Source of the DNA: Phycisphaerae bacterium
Lineage (GTDB): Bacteria > Planctomycetota > Phycisphaerae > UBA1845 > DATKUK01
Length of the DNA: 64,000 nucleotides
Assembly (NCBI GenBank): GCA_035530655.1
Contig: DATKUK010000098.1
Location: 4,652 to 68,651 of the forward strand
Direction of reading: 5' to 3'
Shown: one piece after another, positions 18,136 through 27,150 of the stretch
Position numbering within the stretch: the stretch's first letter is position 1
How the letters are laid out: each line of letters starts with the position of its first letter
Made by a program: the position numbers and the translations under genes
Notes under the pieces: model-generated
The model's database searches: none
The model's input: only the letters and a program-made list of their open reading frames with translations
What the model was told of the DNA's origin: nothing

Positions 18136-19497
18136 TCACTCACCGGTTCGGTCCGTGGGCAGTGAGCGAAAGTGCATTCCGACATCGTACCGCCCCGGCG
18201 CCACCGACTGGCACCGCACGATCTGGCCGTCGATGAACTCGCGTCGCCACTCACGGCCGCCATGGATATACAATCGCACCCATTGGCCCAGCCTGATCGG
18301 CTTCGAGCTGAAGAACCCCAGGCCCGATCGCGAGACATCGCGCGCCAGGATCTGAAATTCGTCTTCCACTTCCCAGTCGCTACCGCCCCATTTGATCAAC
18401 TTGAGCCGTGCGGCTCGGCCAAGCGGGCGTCTGAGGTGTCTTGGTGTTCCGTCCCTTGGCGGGGCTTCGTCCTGTGTTCCTGCATCCGATGGCCGGAGGG
18501 TTCCCGCCAGCATTTTGGTCCACCCTATCACGACCTGCGGATCATACCGTTGCTCAGTTGCCCCTTGGCTGAGAAGGTTCAAAGCCCTTGAGACCGACAA
18601 CGGGTTCTGCATGTACGGACGCACGGCGGTCATGGCGTCGAACGAGTCGATGACAGAGCAAAGACTGCTGATTGGATTGATTTGATCGCCCTTGAGTCCG
18701 AGCGGATATCCGCTTCCATCGAGCCGCTCATGATGCTGGCTCACGACATTCAACACCAGTTCGTCCGTCTCACCGGACTCCTGTAAATCGCGCCGTCCGT
18801 TCGCGGGATGCCGTCGAATGAGCGCCCATTCATCCTCGCTGAGGTCTTCCTTCTTGTTAAGGATTGCATCCGGAATCTGAACCTTGCCGATGTCGTGTAC
18901 CAGTCCCGCCTTGCACATAGCCGACAGGCGGTCCCTGTCGTGGCAACCCATGAAATTTGCCAGCGGGACCATCCACGTGGCCACGTTTACCATGTGTGTG
19001 GCCGTGCAGAAGTTGTGCTTCGACGCGGCATAGAGGTGCGAGAATGAACTTTGATCGCGAAGGACCAGCGTGACCACGGACCGTGAGACGTTTTCAAGTC
19101 TCTCCTTGTGGGCTTGTAGATCGAATTCCGCAAGCACCTCGTCCACCAGCCCCAACGCGGCCTCGTAGGCGACCGACGAGGCCCGATCAAGGCTAACCGA
19201 CGGATCGGCAACGAAGACCTGAAGCCGCTGCTCAAGTTCGCAGCGGTACTGACGACGGTCGGTCACTCGAATGAAGACCGACTGCACCCCGTTCGCCAAT
19301 AGACGTTCACGGTCTGCTTCGCCGAACTCCGTACGCTCGCACCGGTACAGCGTGAAGCCGCTTTCCACCGGAAGGTAGATGGGGATCTGCATCAGCGCGG
19401 CCGCCGGCGCCTGCAGCAGGCTAATCGGTGCATACTCCGGCTGCTGTGGACCATCCACCGCTACAGCCTGAGCTGTCAGATCAACGTCGCCCCCCAA
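18136..19497 (-). CDS. HD-GYP domain c-di-GMP phosphodiesterase fused to a C-terminal PilZ domain
   Basis: HD-GYP core: VHDIGKV...HHERLDGSGYPLGL. C-terminal PilZ signatures RRPLGR and DVSRSGLGF. Confidence 0.8.
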   Translation of the reverse strand: MGGDVDLTAQAVAVDGPQQPEYAPISLLQAPAAALMQIPIYLPVESGFTLYRCERTEFGEADRERLLANGVQSVFIRVTDRRQYRCELEQRLQVFVADPSVSLDRASSVAYEAALGLVDEVLAEFDLQAHKERLENVSRSVVTLVLRDQSSFSHLYAASKHNFCTATHMVNVATWMVPLANFMGCHDRDRLSAMCKAGLVHDIGKVQIPDAILNKKEDLSEDEWALIRRHPANGRRDLQESGETDELVLNVVSQHHERLDGSGYPLGLKGDQINPISSLCSVIDSFDAMTAVRPYMQNPLSVSRALNLLSQGATEQRYDPQVVIGWTKMLAGTLRPSDAGTQDEAPPRDGTPRHLRRPLGRAARLKLIKWGGSDWEVEDEFQILARDVSRSGLGFFSSKPIRLGQWVRLYIHGGREWRREFIDGQIVRCQSVAPGRYDVGMHFRSLPTDRTGE

Positions 19498-19564
19498 GAG
19501 AATGCTCCCCCGACGACGCGGAATGCTCTATGACCGATATCGTCCCTCGATTCGTTGCGGTACA

Positions 19565-19590
19565 GAAAAAAAAGAGCCGGTTAACCGGCC
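19565..19590 (-). terminator. Rho-independent terminator (minus strand)
   Basis: Minus strand GAGCCGG-TTAA-CCGGCTC followed by T8. It lies downstream of the PilZ-HEAT gene. Confidence 0.75.
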
Positions 19591-19843
19591 GTCTGACTTC
19601 CGATAATACTTGTCGTCGTTGCTTGGCTCGGCGTCCCGGCATCTGGGCCCAACGACGCGATGCTGCGATCGCGAAGCCCATGCCATCGCGGCAGGGACCG
19701 GGCTGCCGATACGACGAGCGATCAGTTGCATGAGGCGAGTGTTCCAGCTCATAGTGGATCTTGAATAGCGATAACGTGGATCGGGAAGCTATCCTTACAC
19801 ATCACCATACGCACGGGAAGTCATAGAGTCGACACCAGACCCG

Positions 19844-20914
19844 CTACCTGTGCTGCTTAATGTACTCGCGCGCCTCGGTGACGCCTTCGACGTTGGCGCG
19901 GAACTTCTTACCGACGACGATGCCGAGGGTGTATGCGGCTCGACGCGACAGATGCGAGTCGGTGTGCAGCACGCGCGCAATGAGCCGTACTCCACTGGTA
20001 TCCCCAAGACGTCCCAACGCTGCGGCTGCCCGCAGAGCCACCTCGTCGTCTCTGTGCTGAAGCAGAACCCGTAACGACTGGATCGCGTCGGTGACCCGCA
20101 GTTGCGCCAAGGCCTCAGCGGCCTCGGCTTGAATCGACGCATTGCTGTCCTCGAGTAGTCGGATCAGCGCGGCGATTCCGTCTTTGCTGATGATCTGCAT
20201 CAGGACCGGTATCGTTGCGCGACGCACCATGTGGTTCGGCCACATGGACATGGCGACCACTTTGGCCACGACCTCGGGTGATCGCAGGGGCTGCTTACCG
20301 AGCGCCGCAAGCATGTTGAGGGTCTTCTCGTGTCGAGACGTCGTCGTTGCTGAGGCGTCCGTCTTCGCCTCGACCTCGGGCTGCGACGTCTGAGAAGCAC
20401 ACTCGTTGAGTTTGGCCCGTGCTTGCTCGTACGCCTGGCGGCTCAGTAGCGGTTCTTCAATGCGGCAAAACTGTAAGCCGGAGAGATACCAGCCATCCTC
20501 AACGCGCCGGGAATAAGCGACGGTGCCGGTCAGTTCCTTGCTTTTGCCGTCGGGCAATCCGATCACGACAAAGAGCGCCTGCCCGCGAACGAAATGCTCA
20601 CGAGAAAGGAAGCCAAGTCCCCCCACCGAGATGTCACGCATGTCACCGAAGGTGAGGCGAGGGCCTTGGTTGCCTTGGGCGACGTGAAGGACTTCGCAAT
20701 CGATCGGGAACTTCCGGCGCGGAGTGCGCCTCTTTTCTGCCCAGCGCTCATCTTGCGAAGCTGCGAGCGAGTCGATCTGCTCGAGAATCGCCGAGACTGC
20801 CTGGACGTGGTCTGCGGTCCCCCGTTCCACCGTCCCCCATGTCATACCGAACGTATCGGACGGCGATGACCGTTGCTTAAGGATTCGTCGATCGACAAAC
20901 CCATGCATCCGCAC
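19844..20914 (-). CDS. PilZ domain protein with C-terminal HEAT-like repeats
   Basis: PilZ motifs RRTPRR and DISVGGLGF. The C-terminal half has repeated ...LLEDSNASIQAEAAEALAQL...LLQHRDDEVALRAAAALGRLG... HEAT/PBS-lyase-type repeats. The start is uncertain. Confidence 0.75.
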   Translation of the reverse strand: MRMHGFVDRRILKQRSSPSDTFGMTWGTVERGTADHVQAVSAILEQIDSLAASQDERWAEKRRTPRRKFPIDCEVLHVAQGNQGPRLTFGDMRDISVGGLGFLSREHFVRGQALFVVIGLPDGKSKELTGTVAYSRRVEDGWYLSGLQFCRIEEPLLSRQAYEQARAKLNECASQTSQPEVEAKTDASATTTSRHEKTLNMLAALGKQPLRSPEVVAKVVAMSMWPNHMVRRATIPVLMQIISKDGIAALIRLLEDSNASIQAEAAEALAQLRVTDAIQSLRVLLQHRDDEVALRAAAALGRLGDTSGVRLIARVLHTDSHLSRRAAYTLGIVVGKKFRANVEGVTEAREYIKQHR

Positions 20915-21060
20915 GCAACGGCCTGATTCTCACTGTAGGTCGTGCGTTGCCTACGCGAAGGCCGTACACGGCTACGCACCTCCCGGGACGAAACCGCCCG
21001 ATAATGCCGTGGCGGAGACCATGGCAGCACAGCGACCCCGCGCCGCGAAGTGCCGGTGCG

Positions 21061-21399
21061 TCACGGCTCGGCCTGCGTGGCGTGCATGTTCGGCGGCCCA
21101 CCGGCCAGCAGCTTGCGCAGCCCGCAATAGTCCAGCAGAGCCTTGATCCGAGCGGGCGGGTTGATGATCCTGATCCAACCGCCGTCCCTGCGGAGTTGGA
21201 AGCCCGCATCGATGATCACGCCCAGTCCGTCGCTGTAGAGGACTTCTAGCTTCTGAAAGTCGAGAATCACGTGACGGTAACCCAGACGCACAAGCAGCGC
21301 AAGTTCTTTACGCAAGTCCCTTACGGCTGTCGGATTGGCTTCGCCGACGAGCGTAACCAAGGCTTGATCCCCGTGCAGGTCTGTGAAGATCTGGAACAT
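21061..21399 (-). CDS. STAS domain protein (anti-sigma-factor antagonist-like)
   Basis: 112 aa. It has the SpoIIAA-like pattern ...VILDFQKLEVLYSDGLGVII...RIINPPARIKALLDYCGL. GGAGG RBS is present. Confidence 0.75.
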   Translation of the reverse strand: MFQIFTDLHGDQALVTLVGEANPTAVRDLRKELALLVRLGYRHVILDFQKLEVLYSDGLGVIIDAGFQLRRDGGWIRIINPPARIKALLDYCGLRKLLAGGPPNMHATQAEP

Positions 21400-21708
21400 G
21401 GCCCGCCTCCTTTCAACCGGCGGTCGCCGCGTTGCGACCCGCGTCCTCGTCCCTCCGGTGAACGGCTATCGCAACAGGCATGCCAAGCCCTGCGCCGAAC
21501 ACGATAGAAAAGTCGCCTCGCGCAACCGCCTCAAAACAAGTGACTTACGAGCCCCCTGAAAACGAGTCGGTAACGGACGCCGTGCCGTGGCAATGGCGGC
21601 GGGCAATAGTGCCCAAGTGAACGGGCCATCTGGGGGGGCATTTCGCCAACCCCCCGAGTTGTGCTGTATCGCGCTTTAGTAAGGAAGGTGGGTCGTGGGT
21701 CGTCTTCG

Positions 21709-21800
21709 TCACGGCTTCGCCGCGCGGTTGTCCATGTGGTCTTTGACGACGGTGTAGTCGGCCATGGTAATGCACAGCGGGCCGTGGTTGACCCGGAGTC
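21709..21800 (-). pseudogene. Orphan 3' fragment of a dockerin-tailed gene
   Basis: The minus frame reads ...RVNHGPLCITMADYTVVKDHMDNRAAKP*. This parallels the intact tails ...DLNGSGRVTTADYSVVKAHLGIRAPAKP*. The nucleotide sequence around the stop (TCACGGCTTCGCC) is the same as at 21946. Confidence 0.45.
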
Positions 21801-21843
21801 CCGAAGCGACGGGGGCCGTGGTAGGGTCCCACGTACCAGTCGA

Positions 21844-21900
21844 GGCGAATAAGCAGCAGCGTCGCTGCGCAAAGAGAGGGCCGCCCGGTATTGACGGCCC
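21844..21900. repeat. 57-nt conserved 3'-flank / terminator module, copy 1
   Basis: About 83% identical by eye to 23924..23980. On the minus strand it forms GGGCCG...CGGCCC followed by TCTCTTTGCG. It lies downstream of the gene ending at 21946. Confidence 0.55.
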
Positions 21901-21945
21901 GGCGACTGCTTCACCCACGCGGCTGTGGCCCCCGATAGCGCCCGG

Positions 21946-23577
21946 TCACGGCTTCGCCGGCGCGCGGATGCCCAAGTGGGCTTTGACGACGCTGTAGTCG
22001 GCTGTGGTGACACGGCCGCTGCCGTTAAGGTCGTATCGACTATCCGTGTACTCACCGAGGTGAGCTTTCACTTCGGAGTAGTCAGCTGTCGTGACGCGCC
22101 CGCTGTTGTTGGCGTCACCTTGCAGCGTGCACACGTCGAGCGTAAACGCCTCGGCGGCGAAGTCCTGCGATGGTGTGACGCGGTACCACGTTTGATCGGC
22201 AAGCTGAGGTCCGTCCTCGACAGCCTTGAGCGTCACACCGTCCGCCTCGACCGCGTAGGTAAACGCGCCGCTCACGTCGTTGTTGGGGTCGCCCAGTTCG
22301 GTGATGAGCAGCGGGTCGCCGACGGGCAGGGCGATCGGAAAGTCGAACGTCAAGACGATGATGTTGTTCTCGGTCTTGGGCAGCGTGCCGTCGGCCGGAG
22401 GCTCGCTGGAGACCAGTATCGGCAGCGGCACGGCAAACTCGTACGCGCCGATGTCCAGCATCGCGTCGCTGGGTCGGCTCTGGCGGTCGGTCGGGTGCAG
22501 GTACTCGTAGACGGGCGTCAGCGAATAGCCCAGACCCAAGCCCGGGTCGCTGCCCGCATCGATCGCGCCGGTCGAACTGGCGGTCAGGTGATAGTCGTAG
22601 TTGGGTCCATCGGCCAGATAGGCATTGCTGGTAACCCAGTTGGTCACTTGCGTGCCGAGCCCGTTCAGGATGGTGCCGGCGCCCTGGAAGATGTTGTTTT
22701 GCAGCAGACAGTCGACCGCGCTCGCGTTCCGCACGAACGTGCCGCTGCCGCGGTTGTTCACGATGGTGTTGTTGATCACGTAGAGATGCTGATCCGGGTT
22801 GGAAGCACCTTCCTCGGCGTAGCTGATGATGCTGCTGTTCTGGGAATACGGTCCCTGCTCGACCATGTTGCCGATGATGTAGCTCGTGCCGCCGTTAGGA
22901 ATGTTGATTTCGTACGAGGCGTTGCCCGTCTCGTTGGTGATGCGGTTGTATTCGATGTAGTTGACTCGGGCCCGGGTCTTAACCTCGTGGCCCACATAGG
23001 CGTGATGACTCCAGCTGTGGCGAAGCGTGAAGCTGCCGACGTTGGAGATGTACATATTGTGACTATAGCCGTCGCCGTAGCCGTTATTGTAGAACTCGCT
23101 GTACTCGACCAGGACGTTGCTGCTGGTGTTGCCGCCGCCGAGGATGCCGTCCTCGTTGTCGTGGAAGTAGCAGTAGCGGACCGTCAGATTGGTTCCCTCC
23201 TGCCGAATGCCCGCGCCGTTCTGGTCCGGCACCGTGCAGTTGCGGAACTCGATGGACTCGACCGTCGTATTCGACCCGCCGATCACCCAGATGGCCTTGC
23301 CCCCGGTGCTGGTCCCGCCGGCATCGAGGATCGGGCGAGTCGCCCCGACGCCTCGCAGCGTCAGGCTGCTCTTGCTGATCGAGGCGTTGCCCTGACTGCC
23401 CGTGTAAGTACCTGAGTGGATCTCAATGGTGTCACCATTGACGGCCGCATTGACGGCCGCCTGAACCGTGCTGTACGTCTGGCCGGCCCCCACGCTCAGC
23501 ACCGCCGCTGACCCCGTCGACGCGCACACCGCGACAACCATGAACCAAGCCACCGAACCGTTCTTCACCACACACAT
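21946..23577 (-). CDS. Secreted right-handed beta-helix (pectate-lyase-fold) protein with C-terminal dockerin-like module
   Basis: Start moved to ATG 23577 (MCVVKNGSVAWFMVVAVCASTGSA signal-like; GGAGGA RBS). It has repetitive beta-helix-type segments (NNTIVNN, IGNMV, ITNETGN). The tail carries two repeats, DANNSGRVTTADYSEVKAHLG and DLNGSGRVTTADYSVVKAHLG. Confidence 0.75.
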   Translation of the reverse strand: MCVVKNGSVAWFMVVAVCASTGSAAVLSVGAGQTYSTVQAAVNAAVNGDTIEIHSGTYTGSQGNASISKSSLTLRGVGATRPILDAGGTSTGGKAIWVIGGSNTTVESIEFRNCTVPDQNGAGIRQEGTNLTVRYCYFHDNEDGILGGGNTSSNVLVEYSEFYNNGYGDGYSHNMYISNVGSFTLRHSWSHHAYVGHEVKTRARVNYIEYNRITNETGNASYEINIPNGGTSYIIGNMVEQGPYSQNSSIISYAEEGASNPDQHLYVINNTIVNNRGSGTFVRNASAVDCLLQNNIFQGAGTILNGLGTQVTNWVTSNAYLADGPNYDYHLTASSTGAIDAGSDPGLGLGYSLTPVYEYLHPTDRQSRPSDAMLDIGAYEFAVPLPILVSSEPPADGTLPKTENNIIVLTFDFPIALPVGDPLLITELGDPNNDVSGAFTYAVEADGVTLKAVEDGPQLADQTWYRVTPSQDFAAEAFTLDVCTLQGDANNSGRVTTADYSEVKAHLGEYTDSRYDLNGSGRVTTADYSVVKAHLGIRAPAKP

Positions 23578-23923
23578 ATTCCTCAATCCTCCGAAATCAA
23601 TCAGCCAAGTGCAGTACAGACCCCTCGCAGGGGTAGGCCAACTGCCGGCGCAGCGACAGCCTTCGACCGAAGGAAGCAGTCCGCGTACTTGGCGATGACG
23701 ATCGCGACCAGCAACCTTCCCTTCCAACCCCCACAACAACATCAGACGTCATATTCTAGCACACCAACGAAGCGCGTGCAAGCCCGCATGTCCGCCTGCC
23801 CGTCGGGCCGATTATGGGGCTTTAGGCCGACATTACCCAGACAACCTTGCCCGGCTACGCCGCCAGCTCGTGTTCAGCTATCCACAGCGACGGTGCGGGT
23901 CAAGGGTTCCACGCAGCCGTCGG

Positions 23924-23980
23924 GGCGAATGAGTAACAGCGTCTCTGCGCAAAGACAGGGCCACCCGGCGTGGACGGCCC
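23924..23980. repeat. 57-nt conserved 3'-flank / terminator module, copy 2
   Basis: See 21844..21900. It lies downstream of the gene ending at 23998. The minus strand reads GGGCC...GGCCC then TGTCTTTGCG. Confidence 0.55.
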
Positions 23981-23997
23981 TCGGCACCAAGCCACGA

Positions 23998-24756
23998 TCA
24001 TCGATACCCCACCAATTCCACAGCATCGATCTCGTTCCAGCCCGCGATGGCCGCAGTATCGAGATCCAGCCGGACCGTGTCGGTCAAGTAGCTGGTCTGA
24101 GCGACGGAGACCTCAAACCAGTTCAATTCGGTGACCTCGGAGCGAGTGCCCTCCCAGATGATGTTCTGCAACCCGTCCGTGTCGATCAGTGTGACGCGGA
24201 TGATCGCACCACCATGATAGCTTTCGCGAACCCGCACCTGCGTTGCCTGCACCGGCGTGGCGTACACCAATTCCAGCCACTCGAGACCAGCGTTCTGATT
24301 CTCGGGGGCCCACGCTGTCGCAAGGTCATCGTACTCAAAAACGTTTGGGGCGCCAGTGGCCTGCATCGCCGCGTAATCGCTCGCCTCGTACTCGCTGCTT
24401 GCGGTGGCCGAGACGGCCCACTGGCCAAAAGCGTCGCAAGCGTCGCCGACGCCATTTGCGTCGCCGTCCTCCTGTTCGAAGTTCGATGTGTCTGGGCAGT
24501 TGTCACATTCGTCACCGACATAGTCACCGTCGGCATCGAACTGGTCGGCGTTGGCCACGTCCGGGCAGTTGTCGCAGTCATCACCTACGCCGTCACCGTC
24601 GACGTCGGCCTGGTCCGGGTTGGACAACGCCGGGCAGTTGTCTTGCGCGTCCGGGACGGCGTCGCTGTCAAAGTCCAGACAGCCCATCATGAACAGGCTC
24701 AGTACGATGGTCAGCCGAGTCGCCCATTCCGTTCGATCGGTCAATCTGCGATACAT
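23998..24756 (-). CDS. Lipoprotein with thrombospondin type-3 (calcium-binding) repeats
   Basis: Start moved to ATG 24756 (GAGAGGA RBS). Lipobox-like LSLFMMGC. There are four DxDxDGxGDxCDNCP-type repeats: DNCPALSNPDQADVDGDGVGDDCDNCPDVANADQFDADGDYVGDECDNCPD... Confidence 0.8.
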   Translation of the reverse strand: MYRRLTDRTEWATRLTIVLSLFMMGCLDFDSDAVPDAQDNCPALSNPDQADVDGDGVGDDCDNCPDVANADQFDADGDYVGDECDNCPDTSNFEQEDGDANGVGDACDAFGQWAVSATASSEYEASDYAAMQATGAPNVFEYDDLATAWAPENQNAGLEWLELVYATPVQATQVRVRESYHGGAIIRVTLIDTDGLQNIIWEGTRSEVTELNWFEVSVAQTSYLTDTVRLDLDTAAIAGWNEIDAVELVGYR

Positions 24757-25197
24757 GACTAATCCTCTCTTCGGGTGAAATGGACTGTTTTTCTGGTTCG
24801 GAGCACGCACCACAGAGTGCCCTTTGATGTGAGTAGGCTCGAAGCCCAGAAGGCGATGCAGATGCTTCCGCGACCGGTCCTGTCTCGCGCGTGGTTGACA
24901 TTCACACTGCTCAACCGGTGCCAAGAGCCTATCCTGTTGCAGTCTGGTCTGCAAGGATGAAACCGATCACCACTCGGCACTGCGGTGACCAAGTGTGGCG
25001 ACAGGACGGTCCTTACGGCTTCGCCGGTGTGCGGTTGTGCATGTGTTGCCAGCGACAGCGTGCAAGCAGGTGCGCGGTTCCCCCGGTGACCTGCTCCCCA
25101 AGAACTGATCCATGTGTTATGAGAGTCTTTGGCCCGGCAAGCTTGAGCCAGCCTGTCGCGGCGTCAAATGTGCCGAAGGCAACCGATGCAGGGGTTA

Positions 25198-26090
25198 CTT
25201 AGAGCACCTAACATAATGGATTTTCAAGTATCCGATGGCAGATCAACACGCAGCCGATGATAAGAAACGCCTGGTGGATGTCGAGACGACGTTCGTAACG
25301 GATTCGCAGGCGGCGGAACTGATGCAGCCAACTCAAGGTGCGTTCAACCACCCAGCGATACACACCCAGACCACTGCCGTGTTCGGTGTTACGCCGGGCG
25401 ATGTGCGGCTCCATGCCCACCTCGCGCAAGGCTTGGCGGACCGGTTCGGAATCGTACCCACGATCGGCATAGAGCTCATCGAAGCGATAACGCGGAGCGC
25501 CGCGCACACCCGATATGGCCGGAACCTCATTGACCAGTTCAAGAATCTGGGTAACGTCGTGACGGTTGGCGGCGGTGGTCTTGGCCACGATGGGAACCCC
25601 ATTGCCATCGGTCAGCAGATGGTGTTTGGAGCCTGGTTTTCGCCGGTCTACAGGGCTGGGGCCGGTTGCTTCGCCCCCCCCACCGCACGAAGGGTAGCGC
25701 TGTCCACGGCACACCGACGGAAGTCGATCTGGTCGGCCTGCCGCAGTTTGTTCAGTAGAATACGATGGATGGTTTCCCAGACACCGGCCTCCTGCCAATC
25801 GCGCAGCCGTCGCCAACAGGTCATTCCGGAGCCGCAGCCCATCTCCTGCGGCAACATCTCCCACGGGATGCCCGACACCAAGACGAAGATGATGCCGCTC
25901 AGACACGCGCGATCCGGCAGGGGCTTGCGCCCGGGATGGCGTGTCCTCCGCGGTTTGACCGGAATGTAGGGTTCGATCAGTGCCCATAGTTCATCCGTTA
26001 CCAGCGGTTTGGCCATAGCCGTGCCTCCATGCACAAGGTCCCCTGGCCCAATATCGGCTACATCAATGCCATTCTGTTAGGCGCTCTAAG
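25198..26090 (-). mobile_element. IS5-family insertion sequence (IS427-like group), apparently intact
   Basis: 22-bp imperfect terminal inverted repeats: CTTAGAGCACCTAACATAATGG (25198-25219) versus the reverse complement of 26069-26090, CTTAGAGCGCCTAACAGAATGG. They enclose a two-frame DDE transposase. The exact tips and target duplication are not resolvable (TA is present at both junctions). Confidence 0.85.
25208..26016 (-). CDS. IS5-family DDE transposase, two frames joined by a programmed frameshift
   Basis: orfA is MAKPLVTDELWALIEPYIP...DSATLRAVGG (ATG 26016, GGAGG RBS). orfB is ...GEATGPSPVDRRKPGSKHHLLTDGNGVPI...ADRGYDS...RWVVERTLSWLHQFRRLRIRYERR. The frames meet at a G8 run on the coding strand (C8 at 25674-25681). 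Confidence 0.85.
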
Positions 26091-26246
26091 ACTGTGCACT
26101 TGCCCGCTTCAAAAGCCTTATGCTACCAGGATCGACCCCATAGCTACAATCAAGGCAAAAGTGGGCGCCAGGAAAGCCACAAGGTCTCATGATGGTTCTC
26201 TTGACAACGTGAGGCCCCCGGGTCGGGTGGCACGGTCTTGCGCAGC

Positions 26247-26296
26247 AAGGCCGTGAAGGTCGGGTGAACGATCCCGCGCGGCCGCGGTTTGCGAAT
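26247..26296. repeat. ~50-nt hairpin-containing intergenic repeat, copy 1
   Basis: AGGCCGTGAAGGTCGGGTGAACGATCCCGCGCGGCCGCGGTTTGCGAATG. About 80% identical by eye to 26974..27022. Contains the CCGCG-CGGC-CGCGG hairpin. Confidence 0.5.
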
Positions 26297-26371
26297 GGGT
26301 AACACCTTTTCTTCTCTTCGTTGCACTCAAGGAGAGTCTGGGTATTCTGTGTTGGCAGGACAGGAGTGAGC

Positions 26372-26902
26372 ATGGGATTCCTGGAGCTTCGTCGGCATTC
26401 CACAAGAGTCCCTGGGACCGACCATCTCTCCCAGGAGGGAGTAAGACTCGCCCAACGTGTGGGCACCAGCATGGACCCGTTCGCACGGGTGATCGCCAGC
26501 CCTTCGCCGTGGACCTATGAGACGGCCATTGCGACGGGCTTCGCTGTCAGTGATCGCTACACCCCTGTTCCGTTCACCGAGACCGAATGGGAAGAACTCG
26601 GCCAGCTCATGCCGCCTGGCACTCCCTTTATCGTCAGATCGGAAACCATGCAGCGGGTCGGTCTGGCAGAGCGCCTGGGTAATGCTTTGCGCAATCAGTG
26701 GACCGATTACGCCGCCGCTGTCCCGCACGATGAATGCTGTCTTGTGGTTACGCATAGCGGATACATTGACAACAGTGCAGTCGCCTGCCTTCCTGCTGAG
26801 CGCCACGCACAGTGGGGCGAGAACTTTGGCCACTGTGAAGGCATTCGACTTGCTTTCGATGACGGACACTTCGTTTCCGGCAAGATCATCCGAGTGCGAT
26901 AG
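26372..26902 (+). CDS. Histidine phosphatase superfamily (phosphoglycerate-mutase-like) protein
   Basis: ATG 26372 with CAGGAG RBS. LELRRHS (RH motif) near the N-terminus and VVTHSGYI later. Lower G+C. Confidence 0.55.
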   Translation: MGFLELRRHSTRVPGTDHLSQEGVRLAQRVGTSMDPFARVIASPSPWTYETAIATGFAVSDRYTPVPFTETEWEELGQLMPPGTPFIVRSETMQRVGLAERLGNALRNQWTDYAAAVPHDECCLVVTHSGYIDNSAVACLPAERHAQWGENFGHCEGIRLAFDDGHFVSGKIIRVR

Positions 26903-26973
26903 CTCTGCTTGCCTGCCTACTTGTCTCGATCCTTGGCGAGCCGGCTGGCATCCCGGCGCGCCGGGACGCGGCG

Positions 26974-27022
26974 AGGCCGTGAATGTAGGGTGAACCGTCC
27001 CGCGGCGGCGGGGTGCGGAATC
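26974..27022. repeat. ~50-nt hairpin-containing intergenic repeat, copy 2
   Basis: AGGCCGTGAATGTAGGGTGAACCGTCCCGCGGCGGCGGGGTGCGGAATCG. The hairpin here is CCCGC-GGCG-GCGGG, a different stem sequence at the same position as in copy 1. Confidence 0.5.
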
Positions 27023-27150
27023 GAGAGCCCGTCGCCAAACATCTGGCCTTGGACATCACCCTCCACCCACGCGGCCAGCCCCGCAAAGACACGTAAAATC
27101 CATCCTGACAACCTTTTTATCCCCGTCAGGCGCATGCGCCGGTTATGCGC

